Under the pieces are notes generated by a model. The model ran no database searches. It worked only from the letters and a program-made list of their open reading frames with translations, and had not been told where the DNA came from. The translations under genes and the position numbers were made by a program. A DNA stretch of 64,000 nt. It comes from Eubacteriales bacterium (GTDB lineage Bacteria; Bacillota; Clostridia; Lachnospirales; Lachnospiraceae). Location of the stretch: positions 306 through 64,305 of the forward strand of contig JAUNGB010000020.1 in the NCBI GenBank assembly GCA_030524715.1, given 5' to 3'. The first letter of the stretch is position 1. Every line of letters begins with the position of its first letter. Shown in pieces: positions 30,924-40,561 of this stretch.

Positions 30924-32588
30924 TTACATTTCCAGGATCAATACCTGATATCCCTTCAGGGTGATAGTCTGTGCATCCTCAGTAATGTCCGGATAGTTGT
31001 TCAAAAGCACCTTTTTGTAAGCACCCGGAAGGGTGATCTGCTGTTCTTCTCTCTGGTAGTTGCCCACAACCAGAAGAGTTTTATCTCCCTTACGGTAATA
31101 AGCCATCAGGTTGTGGCGATCTTCCCATACCGGCTCCAGGCTGCCGTACACAACGGTTTCTTTATATTCCGGATTCTTGCGCAGGGCGATCAGCTCTTTA
31201 TAGAAGCTTCTGACGGAAGCCGGGTCATTTTCCTGAGCGGCTGCATTGATTTCCGTATAATTGGGATTTACCTTAAGCCATGGAGTGCCGGTGGTAAAGC
31301 CTGCATTTTCCTCTGCGGACCACTGCATTGGAGTCCTTGCATTGTCACGGCTGAATCTGCGGACTGCCTGCAGGGCTTCCTCCGGGGTTTTTCCTGCGTC
31401 GAGGGCAACCTGATATTCATCCAGGGAGGAGATGTCGTCCACTTCATCGATGGAATTAAAATGAACGTTTTCCATACCAAGCTCCTGACCCTGATAGATG
31501 AACGGAAGGCCGCGGAGCATGAAGTTTAAGGCTGCCAGCATCTTTTTGCTTTCGGTACAGCAGTCTCCCTCCGGGATGTAACGGCTGACGCCGCGGGGTT
31601 CATCGTGGTTTTCGATAATATTGGAAACAAAACCGATATTGCCGATTTTTGCCTGAGTTTCAAAACAGCATTTCTTATAATCGTCCGGTGTGATCACTGC
31701 GGAATCATACCAGCCCTTGTCACTGGCGCCGAAAATAGTCTCGTTAAAGTCGAACATACTGGAGAAATATCCGTTTTCGCCGATGAAATCCGGGATTTCT
31801 TCTTCTTTTTCATTGAATACTTCACCTACGGAGAAGGCGTCATATTTCTTAAAGGTCCGGTCGCGCATTTCGCCGAGGAATTCTCCGATACCCTGTGCTT
31901 CTTCCAGCATCTTTTTGATATTGCACAGGCCGTCGTCCCTGTCCGGCTCATAGTCGTGGAGGGGAAGGGCTTTTTTGATATTGATGATCGCGTCGATACG
32001 GAAACCGCCGAGCCCCTTGTCCAGCCACCAGTTGATATTTTTATAAACCTCTTCTCTGAGCTCCGGATTTTCCCAGTTCAGATCCGGCTGTTTTTTGTGG
32101 AATACGTGAAGGTACTGTTTATTGGTTCCGGGCAGATCCTCCCAGCAGGAGCCGCCGAAATAGGAACGCCAGTTGGTGGGAAGCTCTCCTTCTTTTTTAT
32201 CGCGCAGATAGAAGAAGTTTCCGTATTTTCCGTCCGGATCCTCACAGGCTTTTTTAAACCATTCATGCTCATCAGAGCAGTGATTGACTACCAGGTCCAT
32301 TAAGATATACATATCTCTCTTTTTGGCCTCTGCAATCAGACGATCCATATCTTCCATGGTTCCGAAGCGCGGGTCGATATCATAGTAATCAGAGATATCA
32401 TATCCCTGGTCTGCCAAAGGTGATTTATAGCAGGGAGACAGCCAGACAATATCTACGCCCAGATCCTTAAGATAGTCAAGTTTGCTGATAATGCCCGGGA
32501 TATCGCCGATGCCGTCGCCGTTAGAGTCATAAAAGCTTTTCGGATAAATCTGATACGCTACTTTGTCATGCCACCATTTTTTTGTCAT
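30924..32588 (-). CDS. Alpha-glucosidase (GH13_31-like)
   Basis: YQIYPKSF, DLVVNHCS, QPDLNW, GFRIDAI and NHDEPR motifs. Confidence 0.92.
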   Translation of the reverse strand: MTKKWWHDKVAYQIYPKSFYDSNGDGIGDIPGIISKLDYLKDLGVDIVWLSPCYKSPLADQGYDISDYYDIDPRFGTMEDMDRLIAEAKKRDMYILMDLVVNHCSDEHEWFKKACEDPDGKYGNFFYLRDKKEGELPTNWRSYFGGSCWEDLPGTNKQYLHVFHKKQPDLNWENPELREEVYKNINWWLDKGLGGFRIDAIINIKKALPLHDYEPDRDDGLCNIKKMLEEAQGIGEFLGEMRDRTFKKYDAFSVGEVFNEKEEEIPDFIGENGYFSSMFDFNETIFGASDKGWYDSAVITPDDYKKCCFETQAKIGNIGFVSNIIENHDEPRGVSRYIPEGDCCTESKKMLAALNFMLRGLPFIYQGQELGMENVHFNSIDEVDDISSLDEYQVALDAGKTPEEALQAVRRFSRDNARTPMQWSAEENAGFTTGTPWLKVNPNYTEINAAAQENDPASVRSFYKELIALRKNPEYKETVVYGSLEPVWEDRHNLMAYYRKGDKTLLVVGNYQREEQQITLPGAYKKVLLNNYPDITEDAQTITLKGYQVLILEM

Positions 32589-33225
32589 TGTGAAAACCTC
32601 CTGAATTTTTTCGTTTATCTTAATAATAAGTGCTCTGCTTGTTTGTTTGTAACTGTATTATATCCTGTGCGAGGGTGTTTGTCTTACGATTCTATGATTA
32701 AAAATTACGAAATTTTGACTTTTTTGAGTTTTTACTCCTTCAGACCTTTGCCGCATCAGGACAGAATGTAATTACAGTCATTTTTTCTGTTTTATAGGGT
32801 ACAATCCTCACAAACAAAAAGCAGCCCGCCGAGTCGCTTTCCGGGCTATGACCATACAAAGGCGGAACCGTGACTTGGCATTTAAAAAACAATGCTTTTG
32901 AATTACTGTTTTAAAATAGATGAGAAGGTTCATTCAATCAAAATATCCTTACGAACAGAAATAAAATGGCGGATAACTCAATCAGAAGATGCGAACAAAA
33001 CAAAAGTGTTCGCAGAAAAAGAGAGAACCCTGCAGGCAAAGGTAATCAACGATTCCATTGCAGTTACAGCATCTGTCCTCCTGCATCTGCCACTGCAGGA
33101 AGAAATGCCGGTTCCTGCCCCACCTGTCTTTTGGATTGCGGGTATTACCCATTTCAGGGGGGAAAACGGGTAATAGAAATTTCCTTTTTTTCTCTGTATA
33201 ATAAAGGTATGATTACCCGCAGACA

Positions 33226-33378
33226 GTGGATATGAAGCCACCTGCGCTGTGACGGTAACGCATGGCAACCTGACCTGTCTCCGGCGAGATCTGCAATTTG
33301 TACAGATAACGGAAACAAAGAATAATGGACGTGCGTAACTTGTGGAAAGTGTTTCAGCGATGCAGAGGGAAAGGTGGA
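33226..33378 (+). pseudogene. Fragment of a decayed surface-protein gene
   Basis: Reads SGYEATCAVTVTHGNLT, then after a frameshift PARSAICTDNGNKE*WTCVTCGKCFSDAEGK, resembling an Ig-like strand plus a Cys-containing surface repeat; has an in-frame stop. Confidence 0.55.
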
Positions 33379-33388
33379 ACCAGAGTTG

Positions 33389-33488
33389 CCCAGTTTTGTC
33401 GCTTTTTCGCCCAGCTTTGCAGAAGCATTGAAATATAGAAGGGATTCTGCTATAATGCAGTCATTAATGTACTGCATTATAGCAGAAT
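33389..33488 (+). promoter_or_regulatory. LytTR (VirR-box-like) promoter, copy 1, with palindrome over the -10
   Basis: CCCAGTTTTG and CCCAGCTTTG 21 bp apart; TTGAAA-17 bp-TATAAT; 18-bp inverted repeat 33444-33488. Confidence 0.75.
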
Positions 33489-33531
33489 AATTATGAAGTG
33501 TTATAAATCTGAAAAAGAAAGGAGAAACAAA

Positions 33532-36500
33532 GTGAAAGAAAAAGAATTTGTAAAAAAGAGACGGCAGCTTTTGAGCGCGGCGTTATCAGCATGCCTGATG
33601 CTCACAGCAGCTCCGGTACCTGCATTTGCCAGCGGGGGGGCAAAATGAATTTCCGGTAACGCAGGTATCGGATGTGCAGGAAGAAACAGAATGGCAGATT
33701 GGAATGGAAGGAACTGAATTTTCTGATGGAATCGGAGAAGAGCTCGGCGTCTATCAAAGCATGACTGAAGAGAATTCGGAGAAAATGCAGGAACCTTTCT
33801 CTGATGATACGGATCATGAGGGAGAAGAGGCTTTCTCAGACGGAAACCTTCTGGGACAGGGGGAAGGCTTTCAGATACAGGATGATCAGGGAGGTGTGAT
33901 TTCTCCTGAGGAAAATAATATCTATAAAATTGCTCGTAACTGTACAATCGGCGGAACAACTGACAGCTATCGTATTGAAGTTACGGCGAATGCGGAAATT
34001 ACCTTGGACAATGCAGTAATTGATTTGGTTGAAAAATGGCAAAATAAGGGGGCGGCTATGACGATTGACGAAGGAGTGTCAGCCGTCCTGAAATTAAAAG
34101 GGCAAAACAGGTTAAAAGCGATACTTGACGGAGAAGGAATTCTTGTAAAACAGGGAGCCAGTCTGACTATCTGTAATGCGGATGCGGGTGAGGAAGGCTC
34201 TTTATATGCAGAGGCAGCTTCTCAGAGCTATGGCGGGGAATCAGGCGGGTTAACAGTTACAATGAAAGGTGCCTTTGCAGGAATCGGAGGTCCGGCAACT
34301 CCGACAGGAGGTCTTTTTGAATATAACGGAAGTATTACCATAGAAAGCGGGAATGTTACGGCTATCGGGTATGGATACGGCGCAGGGATCGGCGGAGGAG
34401 ATTACAGTACCGGAGGAAATATTACGATAACCGGAGGAACGGTAACTGCGAAAAACGGAACAGATTCTGCCGGTTGGGGAGCGGGAGAGGGGTATGCTTC
34501 CGCAATTGGCGGTTCTCAGGGCTGTGCCAGCGGGCAAATTCGTATTAAAGGAGGAACTGTGAATGCGAAGGTACCAGCCGGAAATAATTGCCCTGCGATT
34601 GGCGGAGCAACAACCGATATAGAAATAGACAATGCAACGGTAACCGCTTATGGCGGCAACGGTTCAGCAGCGATCGGAGGATATCTTCAAAGCGATTATA
34701 AATCCGGAAATGTATCTATAAAAATAGGTTCCGGGGCTGATATCACAGCCTATGGAGGAAGCAGCTTCCCTGCGATCGGGGCAAACGTCTCTGAGGGCAA
34801 ACAGAATTTAATAATCGAAGAAGGCGCCAAAGTTGTGGCATATTCAAAGACATCAGATACGCCGGCGATTAGTAAGTGGTCTAATAAAGCAGAATCACCG
34901 GCAAGTATTCTGAACTTATACGCCGATATTTCTTTATTGCAGAGTGTGGGATCCATTACAATAACCTTGAAGAAGGAAGGTAGCGGGGAACAATCGTTTA
35001 CTCTGCCTGAAGGATATACAGGTATAGGAGTTACAGGGGTAGCTGAGGGAGAATACAGCGTTTATACCGAAGCTTTAGGTATGTCTTTTCAGCTTCTTCC
35101 CTCCGAAGAGAATACAACTGTAACGGTCGGCAAAGTTTTACAGGATGCTACAGAGAAGGTAATTGCTAAGTTGGTGGACAGTAATGGAAACCTTGTGCGT
35201 TTTCAGGAACTGAAGACAGAAGAAATTGCGAATAAAAATATTGCGAATGGTATATCCAAAGCAGATTTGAAGGCGCTTCTGCCTGAAACGGGAAGCGTAG
35301 TAACAAGCGCTGGGACGTATGAAAATGTTACATTAAACTGGTATACAGGATGGATTGATACATTTCCATATACAGGAGCTTATAATCAGAATAGTAAACA
35401 AAAACAGAAAATAGGCGCTCAGCGGGTATTTGATGTGAAGCTTTCTAATGTATCGCTTCTTGATTTTTTGACCGGGGTACCATCCTCAATATTGCCGACT
35501 TATTTTTACATAAACGGTGATATTAAGGAAATAGAAGTGTCCGCTGATCCAAAGACTTCTTATATATCTGGTGAAACTTTTGATCCAGACGGTCTGGTAC
35601 TGAAAATCACCTATTCGGATGATTTTGTAGAAGAACTTTCCTATAATGAAGAAAATAAAGAATGGTTTGCTTTCGATGTTTCAGCGGATCAGAAATTAAC
35701 AGTTTCAGATACAAGTGTAACTGTTACCTGTCAGGGAAAAGAAGTGAAAATTCTAATAAGTGTTTCTGAGCCTATTGTGACACCAATACCGACAGCGATT
35801 CCAACGCCGATACCGACAACGATGCCGGTACCGACATCAGCTCCGATACCAACATCGGCTCCAACACCGAAGCCATTACCTGACAATGTACCGGACGGCT
35901 CCAAATGGGACGGAGATAATATTGTAACTCCTGACGGGACGGTGATCAAACCTGACGGAACGATTGTTCTGCCGGATGGAACGGAAGTGAAACCGGAGGC
36001 GGATGGAACGAAGCCTTCGATCGATAAGGATGGAACCGTTACAGATACCAACGGAACGACCATCGATAAAGACGGCACGATTATCCTGCCGGGAGAAAAC
36101 TTGGATTTCACAGAGGACGATACCAGAATCGAGCAGGGAGAGGGAACAAAGAAACCGATTTATAATCCGGAATCAGGAAGCGTTACTACAGAAGAAGGCA
36201 ATAAGGTAACGCAGCCGAGCGGAAACCAGGTCATTCCTCCGGCAGGCTCTGTGGTAGAAATTGACGGAACCATTAAGGAACCTGACGGAACAGTTATCAC
36301 GCCGGATGGAACAACGACGAAGCCGGACGGAACGGTCATTGCGCCGGATGGAACAATGACGAAGCCAGACGGAACGGTTATAGACCCGGATGGCACTGTC
36401 CACAATACGGACGGCAGCATCCAGTCTTCTGACGGAACGTATCTTTGTCCCGCGACTCCGTGGCTGGAAAGCGCGGAAGTATACAACACCGGAAACCAAG

Positions 36501-37069
36501 TAAAAGCAATCTTGTCAGGCCCGGCGGCAGGCGCGCAGGGATATGATTATGTGATCAGTGAAAATATCAACTGCATCAAAGACAAGGATTATCTTGCTGT
36601 CAGCAAGAATATTCTTCTGACGGAGACAGATTTCCGTTACATTCCGGCAGGAACCTATTACGTATACTGCCATGCGTGGATACGCGGTGCGGACGGCAAG
36701 AAAATATTCGGAAGCTGGTCAAATTATAAAACTGTCACAGTAACGGCTATTACCCCACAGACACCTGTGGTCAGGAGCGTAAAGGTAAAAGGAAATACGG
36801 TAACAGTAACATATAGCCAGTGCGAAGATGCATCAGGCTATGATATTGTTCTTGGAAATGCAGTAAAGAAGGTCTATAACGAAAAACGTCCGGTAGATTA
36901 CGGTACAAACGTGAAGAAGATTAAAAACGGCAGTACCGTGACCGCAGTGTTCAGAAATGTGGAACCGGGAATATATTATGTTGGTCTTCATGCATGGAAC
37001 CGCACCAGTGAAGACGGCAAAAAGGTATTCAGTCCATGGTCCAATGTGAAAAAAATAAAGATAAAATAA
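33532..37069 (+). CDS. Large secreted surface protein A (Gly-rich beta-helix-like region, Ig-like domain, PT linker, PDG repeats, FN3-like C-terminus); frameshifted at G7 tract 33634-33640
   Basis: GTG 33532 encodes nearly the same signal peptide as 44194 but meets TGA at 33646; the long ORF continues in another frame. Confidence 0.8.
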
Positions 37070-37095
37070 AATGCTCGTACAGACAGGCATCCGGA
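35867..37095 (+). repeat. About 1.2-kb near-identical repeat shared with 46468-47740
   Basis: Nearly identical DNA and protein from PKPLP.NVPDGSKWDG through the stop and into the terminator. Confidence 0.95.
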
Positions 37096-37119
37096 AATCA
37101 TAAGTTTCCGGGTGCCTGT
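37083..37119 (+). terminator. Terminator-like hairpin after surface protein A
   Basis: ACAGGCATCCGGAAA...TTTCCGGGTGCCTGT. Confidence 0.65.
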
Positions 37120-37164
37120 ACTACGTCCGGAGTATGCTTTACTGGAAATGAGGCGTCTGGCTGT

Positions 37165-37308
37165 AAAGTGAAACATTGCTAGAATAAAATCGCATATCTG
37201 GGAGTACTCTATACCATTCGGTAAAACATTCCCCATATGACAACAATCTAAATGGGGTAAAAGTTTTTGTTATCATGATCATGCCAAAGGATCCTTTCCA
37301 GAAAAATC
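37165..37308 (+). pseudogene. Deleted remnant of the Rpn locus (upstream region fused to internal VFVIMIMPKDPF segment)
   Basis: 37165-37253 matches 50135-50223; 37259-37298 matches about 50688-50727. Confidence 0.8.
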
Positions 37309-37363
37309 AGGAATTATGTTTTGTACTTTTGCGGAACCGTGACTTGGCGGGCTGTTTTAATTT

Positions 37364-37822
37364 TTATGCTAAAGCCAAATTTTTCTCTTCAACAAATTGT
37401 TTGGCTTCCTCTGCATATAATTGGAACTCTGCCATAATCTCTTTGATGATACTTTCATCCGTGTATTTGCATTTACGATAGGTTTTTATTGTTGCTTTAA
37501 TTTCAGCGTCCCGCTGAAGGTCTTCTACTGCTTTGCACACGTTGACATACACCTCACTTTCCTTGATCCGCAAATCCGTTCCAGTCACTGCTTCGATAAC
37601 CTTCGCTGTTTCGCGGTCTACAGTCCAAAATTCTCTGTTTTCTTCAAGAACACGCTTAAGTTCTTTTTTATTATTCGAATACTTGATGTATTTCATTGCC
37701 GCGCCGAATCCCGTTCTAAACTTTTCAAAATCCGGGTCATCTATTCCTGCAGGAGTCAGCAGATTGATTTTATAGTCTGGGATAAGACGTAGCACCCTCT
37801 TGTCAGTTTTCTTTGGGAACAT
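37364..37822 (-). pseudogene. 5'-truncated Rpn-like (PD-(D/E)XK putative transposase) gene; possible small C-terminal product from GTG 37540
   Basis: WDGKLSLHEMF...DYKINLLTP...DFEKFRT...VCKA pattern typical of Lachnospiraceae Rpn C-terminal halves; GAGGTG 9 nt before GTG. Confidence 0.6.
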
Positions 37823-37957
37823 TTCATGCAGGCTTAGCTTACCATCCCACTCATTAGTTTACCATAGCCCCGCGCTTATAACAAGCGGCCACTTCTAAAA
37901 TTTCTGAAAACCTTCACAGATAGTTATTGTTCACAGGTTACACTTCAACCGGCCTTT

Positions 37958-38442
37958 TTATATACCTGCACATTATCCCAATATGTACGCAGGCTTTAAA
38001 GGTATCTTCTGAAGTACAGGATAATTTTCTGGCTCTTTTGAGCAGAATGTTGTGTGGAATTTCTTAGTGCTTTTCGATTCTCCGGCAAATCATCAAAGCA
38101 GGGAATTTTCCAATGTTTGAGCGCCGGATGCCCGCCCGGAAAGACAAGAATAAAAATTCCGGAACCCAATGTAACGCTTAACAGGCACCCATTCAGGGTT
38201 CCGGAATTTTTACCATTTGCTTTCCGGGCAGGCTGGACGGCGTGAGTTTTGGAAAATTTCCTGCCATAAAGGATGATTTGTGGGGGGGGCGTTCAAGCAC
38301 TTGAAATTTCACGCCAATTCTGTGAGGAAGAGCAGAAACATTATCTGTACGGCAGACCCTTTTTGAAATTTTTTGTAGTTTATACCAGAAGTACAATGAC
38401 AGCAGCTTTTATATGGGATAAAATAATAAGGGGATGTATATC
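37958..38442. repeat. About 490-bp imperfect palindrome (rod-like hairpin)
   Basis: Nested complementary arms centred on 38181, inner 17-bp perfect stem. Confidence 0.8.
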
Positions 38443-38481
38443 TCTAAAAACTGCAGAAACGAAATTTAGTAAAGAAAGAGT

Positions 38482-38814
38482 GTGATTGTTGTGAAAAGGA
38501 AGTATCCTGTGATTGATATAAAGAGAACAGGCCAGAATATAAGACACATTATGCAGATGCATGGGATGACTGTGAAGGATATTCAGGCGTTTCTGGGGCT
38601 AAGTGCGCCTCAAAGTATTTATCACTGGTTTGATGGACGAAATTTACCAACGCTGGATAATCTGTATGCTTTAAGTGAACTCTTTCACATCCCGGTAGAT
38701 GCTTTGATAATAGGAAACAGAGAATTTGAATACAGACAAATAGAGGGAAGTACCTATCAACGGTTAATTATATATCATGAAAAGATAATGCAGCTTAAAG
38801 CAGGGTGGAACTAG
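38482..38814 (+). CDS. XRE-family helix-turn-helix regulator
   Basis: TGQNIR...TVKDIQAFLG..PQSIYHW..G..LPTLDNLYALS. Confidence 0.88.
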   Translation: MIVVKRKYPVIDIKRTGQNIRHIMQMHGMTVKDIQAFLGLSAPQSIYHWFDGRNLPTLDNLYALSELFHIPVDALIIGNREFEYRQIEGSTYQRLIIYHEKIMQLKAGWN

Positions 38815-38861
38815 TACATCATTGCACTTATTACTTTAAGATTAGTGCAATGATGTACTGG
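38811..38861. terminator. Long hairpin after the XRE gene
   Basis: AGTACATCATTGCACT...AGTGCAATGATGTACT, 16-bp perfect stem. Confidence 0.7.
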
Positions 38862-39140
38862 AGTGATTCATATGTTTAAGCAATACTTTTTGCTCTGCAG
38901 GCTTAATCTGTGATGCATTATACTATAGGTACAATGACATAATAGCTGCTCTGTATTATAATAGTTTACAAGTTGCTAGCTACGAATTGAGAAGATGATC
39001 TGCGTGCAGAAGTGAATTTCGTAAGTTAACGGGAAGCTATGCTGCGGGTAATACATCTTATGAGAATCTGATTACAGGGTTCACGAAGCAGTTCCTATAA
39101 TTAATTTATTGCATATGAGATTGGAGCGGGAGGACATCAG

Positions 39141-40550
39141 ATGAAAGATAATATATATCAGCTTGCAGGCAAAGTGAATGTTCCAACGGAAAAAAGGGAT
39201 GAGATGAATAAACATGTCCTTGAGATCATGGACAAATGCGGCATAAGAAAAACAGTAGAAATGATAGTCGCAGGAGAAAAAGTGACTGTGGTTAGATCTG
39301 TACGGCCAAATGAAGACGGCATTGTTTTGTTTGATTATTCAATTTTTGAGAAGAAGAAAAGGAAAATTTCCACATATGACCTGAATACCTGTGAACTTCA
39401 TACGGAGGACAGGGGATATAATGAGTTTGGCGCTGTCATGAATATGATAATGGTTTTGCAGGAAGCGTATACCAATGGCGGCTGCTATTTCCTGGTATCC
39501 GGTAAGTTACATAATGTAGAAATATATCTGCTTTTGATTCAGGGAGTATTAGGAGAAAGGATAACCCTGCCCGGGCGGATTAGAATGTGGGAGGTGTATC
39601 TTTTTTTCAGAAATTCTGAAGAATATAAAAATGTTACATTTGAGGATTTGCTGGACGCCTATGCAAAAAGCTATGGAAAGCTGGACATAGAACAGGCGCA
39701 GGCTGTTTTGGAAATTGAGGAAAAAAAGCTGATCTTTCCGGATAAAGAAATGATATCCTGCAGAGATGAAATTAACGCTGCAAGTCCAGACTGCCGGACA
39801 GAATATGCATACAGAATCTTCCGCGGCATGAATGAAGCTGAAAAAAATACAATAAAAAGTTTTCTTGCAGAGTTGCTAAATGCTGATTTTGCCAAAAGAA
39901 AAGAATTGTCGCTGCGTCAGGATGAGAGGGGTATCCTTGCAGAACTTTCCCTTTATGTTTTGCCCGCGCGCCTCGTGCTTGCATATGCGCAGGCAGTTGA
40001 GATGGACTTCTGGGAAATTTGGGATTCCCTGGGAACACAGGGATATTCTGACATCATACGTAAAAATACACCAAAAGACGCTGAAAATGATTCCCGGAGT
40101 TTTCCCTTTTATAAAGCAATACAGAGAAAAAATGAGGATGAATTTCTGGAGTTTTGGGACGGCAGTAATCTGATGCTTTCGCAGGATATGAAAGAATGTA
40201 TTCGAGATTGGGAAGAACGAATCAAGGGTATTAGAGTATTTACTGCTCCAACAGAGCATTTTCTGGCAGAAATTGTTGTTAGATTGGAACGCAGCTACTG
40301 CAGATATGTGGATGAGACATTTGTGACAGAGTTTATGGAACATGGAACTGAGTTAAATTACCAGAAGGCTCTTATTCTTCTTCAACAGCTTTTGGACAAG
40401 GGGCAGGAGTGTTTTCCGGAACTGACAGGTAGGCAGGCAGAGGAATGGATTATTCGGGGCGCCAGGGAAGGATTTGATTATATTGAGATAAGTGCGTTTG
40501 CGTCTTTGCTGGCAAATAAGAGACAAAGAAACATTTTGTTTGGATTCTAG
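39141..40550 (+). CDS. Hypothetical protein (paralog of the downstream gene)
   Basis: 469-aa ORF with SD GGAGG; shared motifs with 40562-42076. Confidence 0.8.
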   Translation: MKDNIYQLAGKVNVPTEKRDEMNKHVLEIMDKCGIRKTVEMIVAGEKVTVVRSVRPNEDGIVLFDYSIFEKKKRKISTYDLNTCELHTEDRGYNEFGAVMNMIMVLQEAYTNGGCYFLVSGKLHNVEIYLLLIQGVLGERITLPGRIRMWEVYLFFRNSEEYKNVTFEDLLDAYAKSYGKLDIEQAQAVLEIEEKKLIFPDKEMISCRDEINAASPDCRTEYAYRIFRGMNEAEKNTIKSFLAELLNADFAKRKELSLRQDERGILAELSLYVLPARLVLAYAQAVEMDFWEIWDSLGTQGYSDIIRKNTPKDAENDSRSFPFYKAIQRKNEDEFLEFWDGSNLMLSQDMKECIRDWEERIKGIRVFTAPTEHFLAEIVVRLERSYCRYVDETFVTEFMEHGTELNYQKALILLQQLLDKGQECFPELTGRQAEEWIIRGAREGFDYIEISAFASLLANKRQRNILFGF

Positions 40551-40561
40551 GATGGTGCGGT

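Noticed and set aside
32892-33268. Overlapping small ORFs at the island boundary
   Set aside because: No convincing SD, motifs or consistent frame
33626-33650. TTG start of the 1147-aa ORF in the track
   Set aside because: No SD and it would lack a signal peptide; the paralog shows the real start is GTG 33532 with a frameshift at the G tract
36988-37236. ORF MGNVLPNGIEYSQIC, also seen as the N-terminal extension of padR at 50206
   Set aside because: Arises from the duplicated non-coding rpn upstream region; padR has a better SD-linked start at 50011
38281-38290. G8 tract near the XRE gene as a phase switch
   Set aside because: Lies in an internal loop of the long palindrome, not in a credible CDS or promoter spacer
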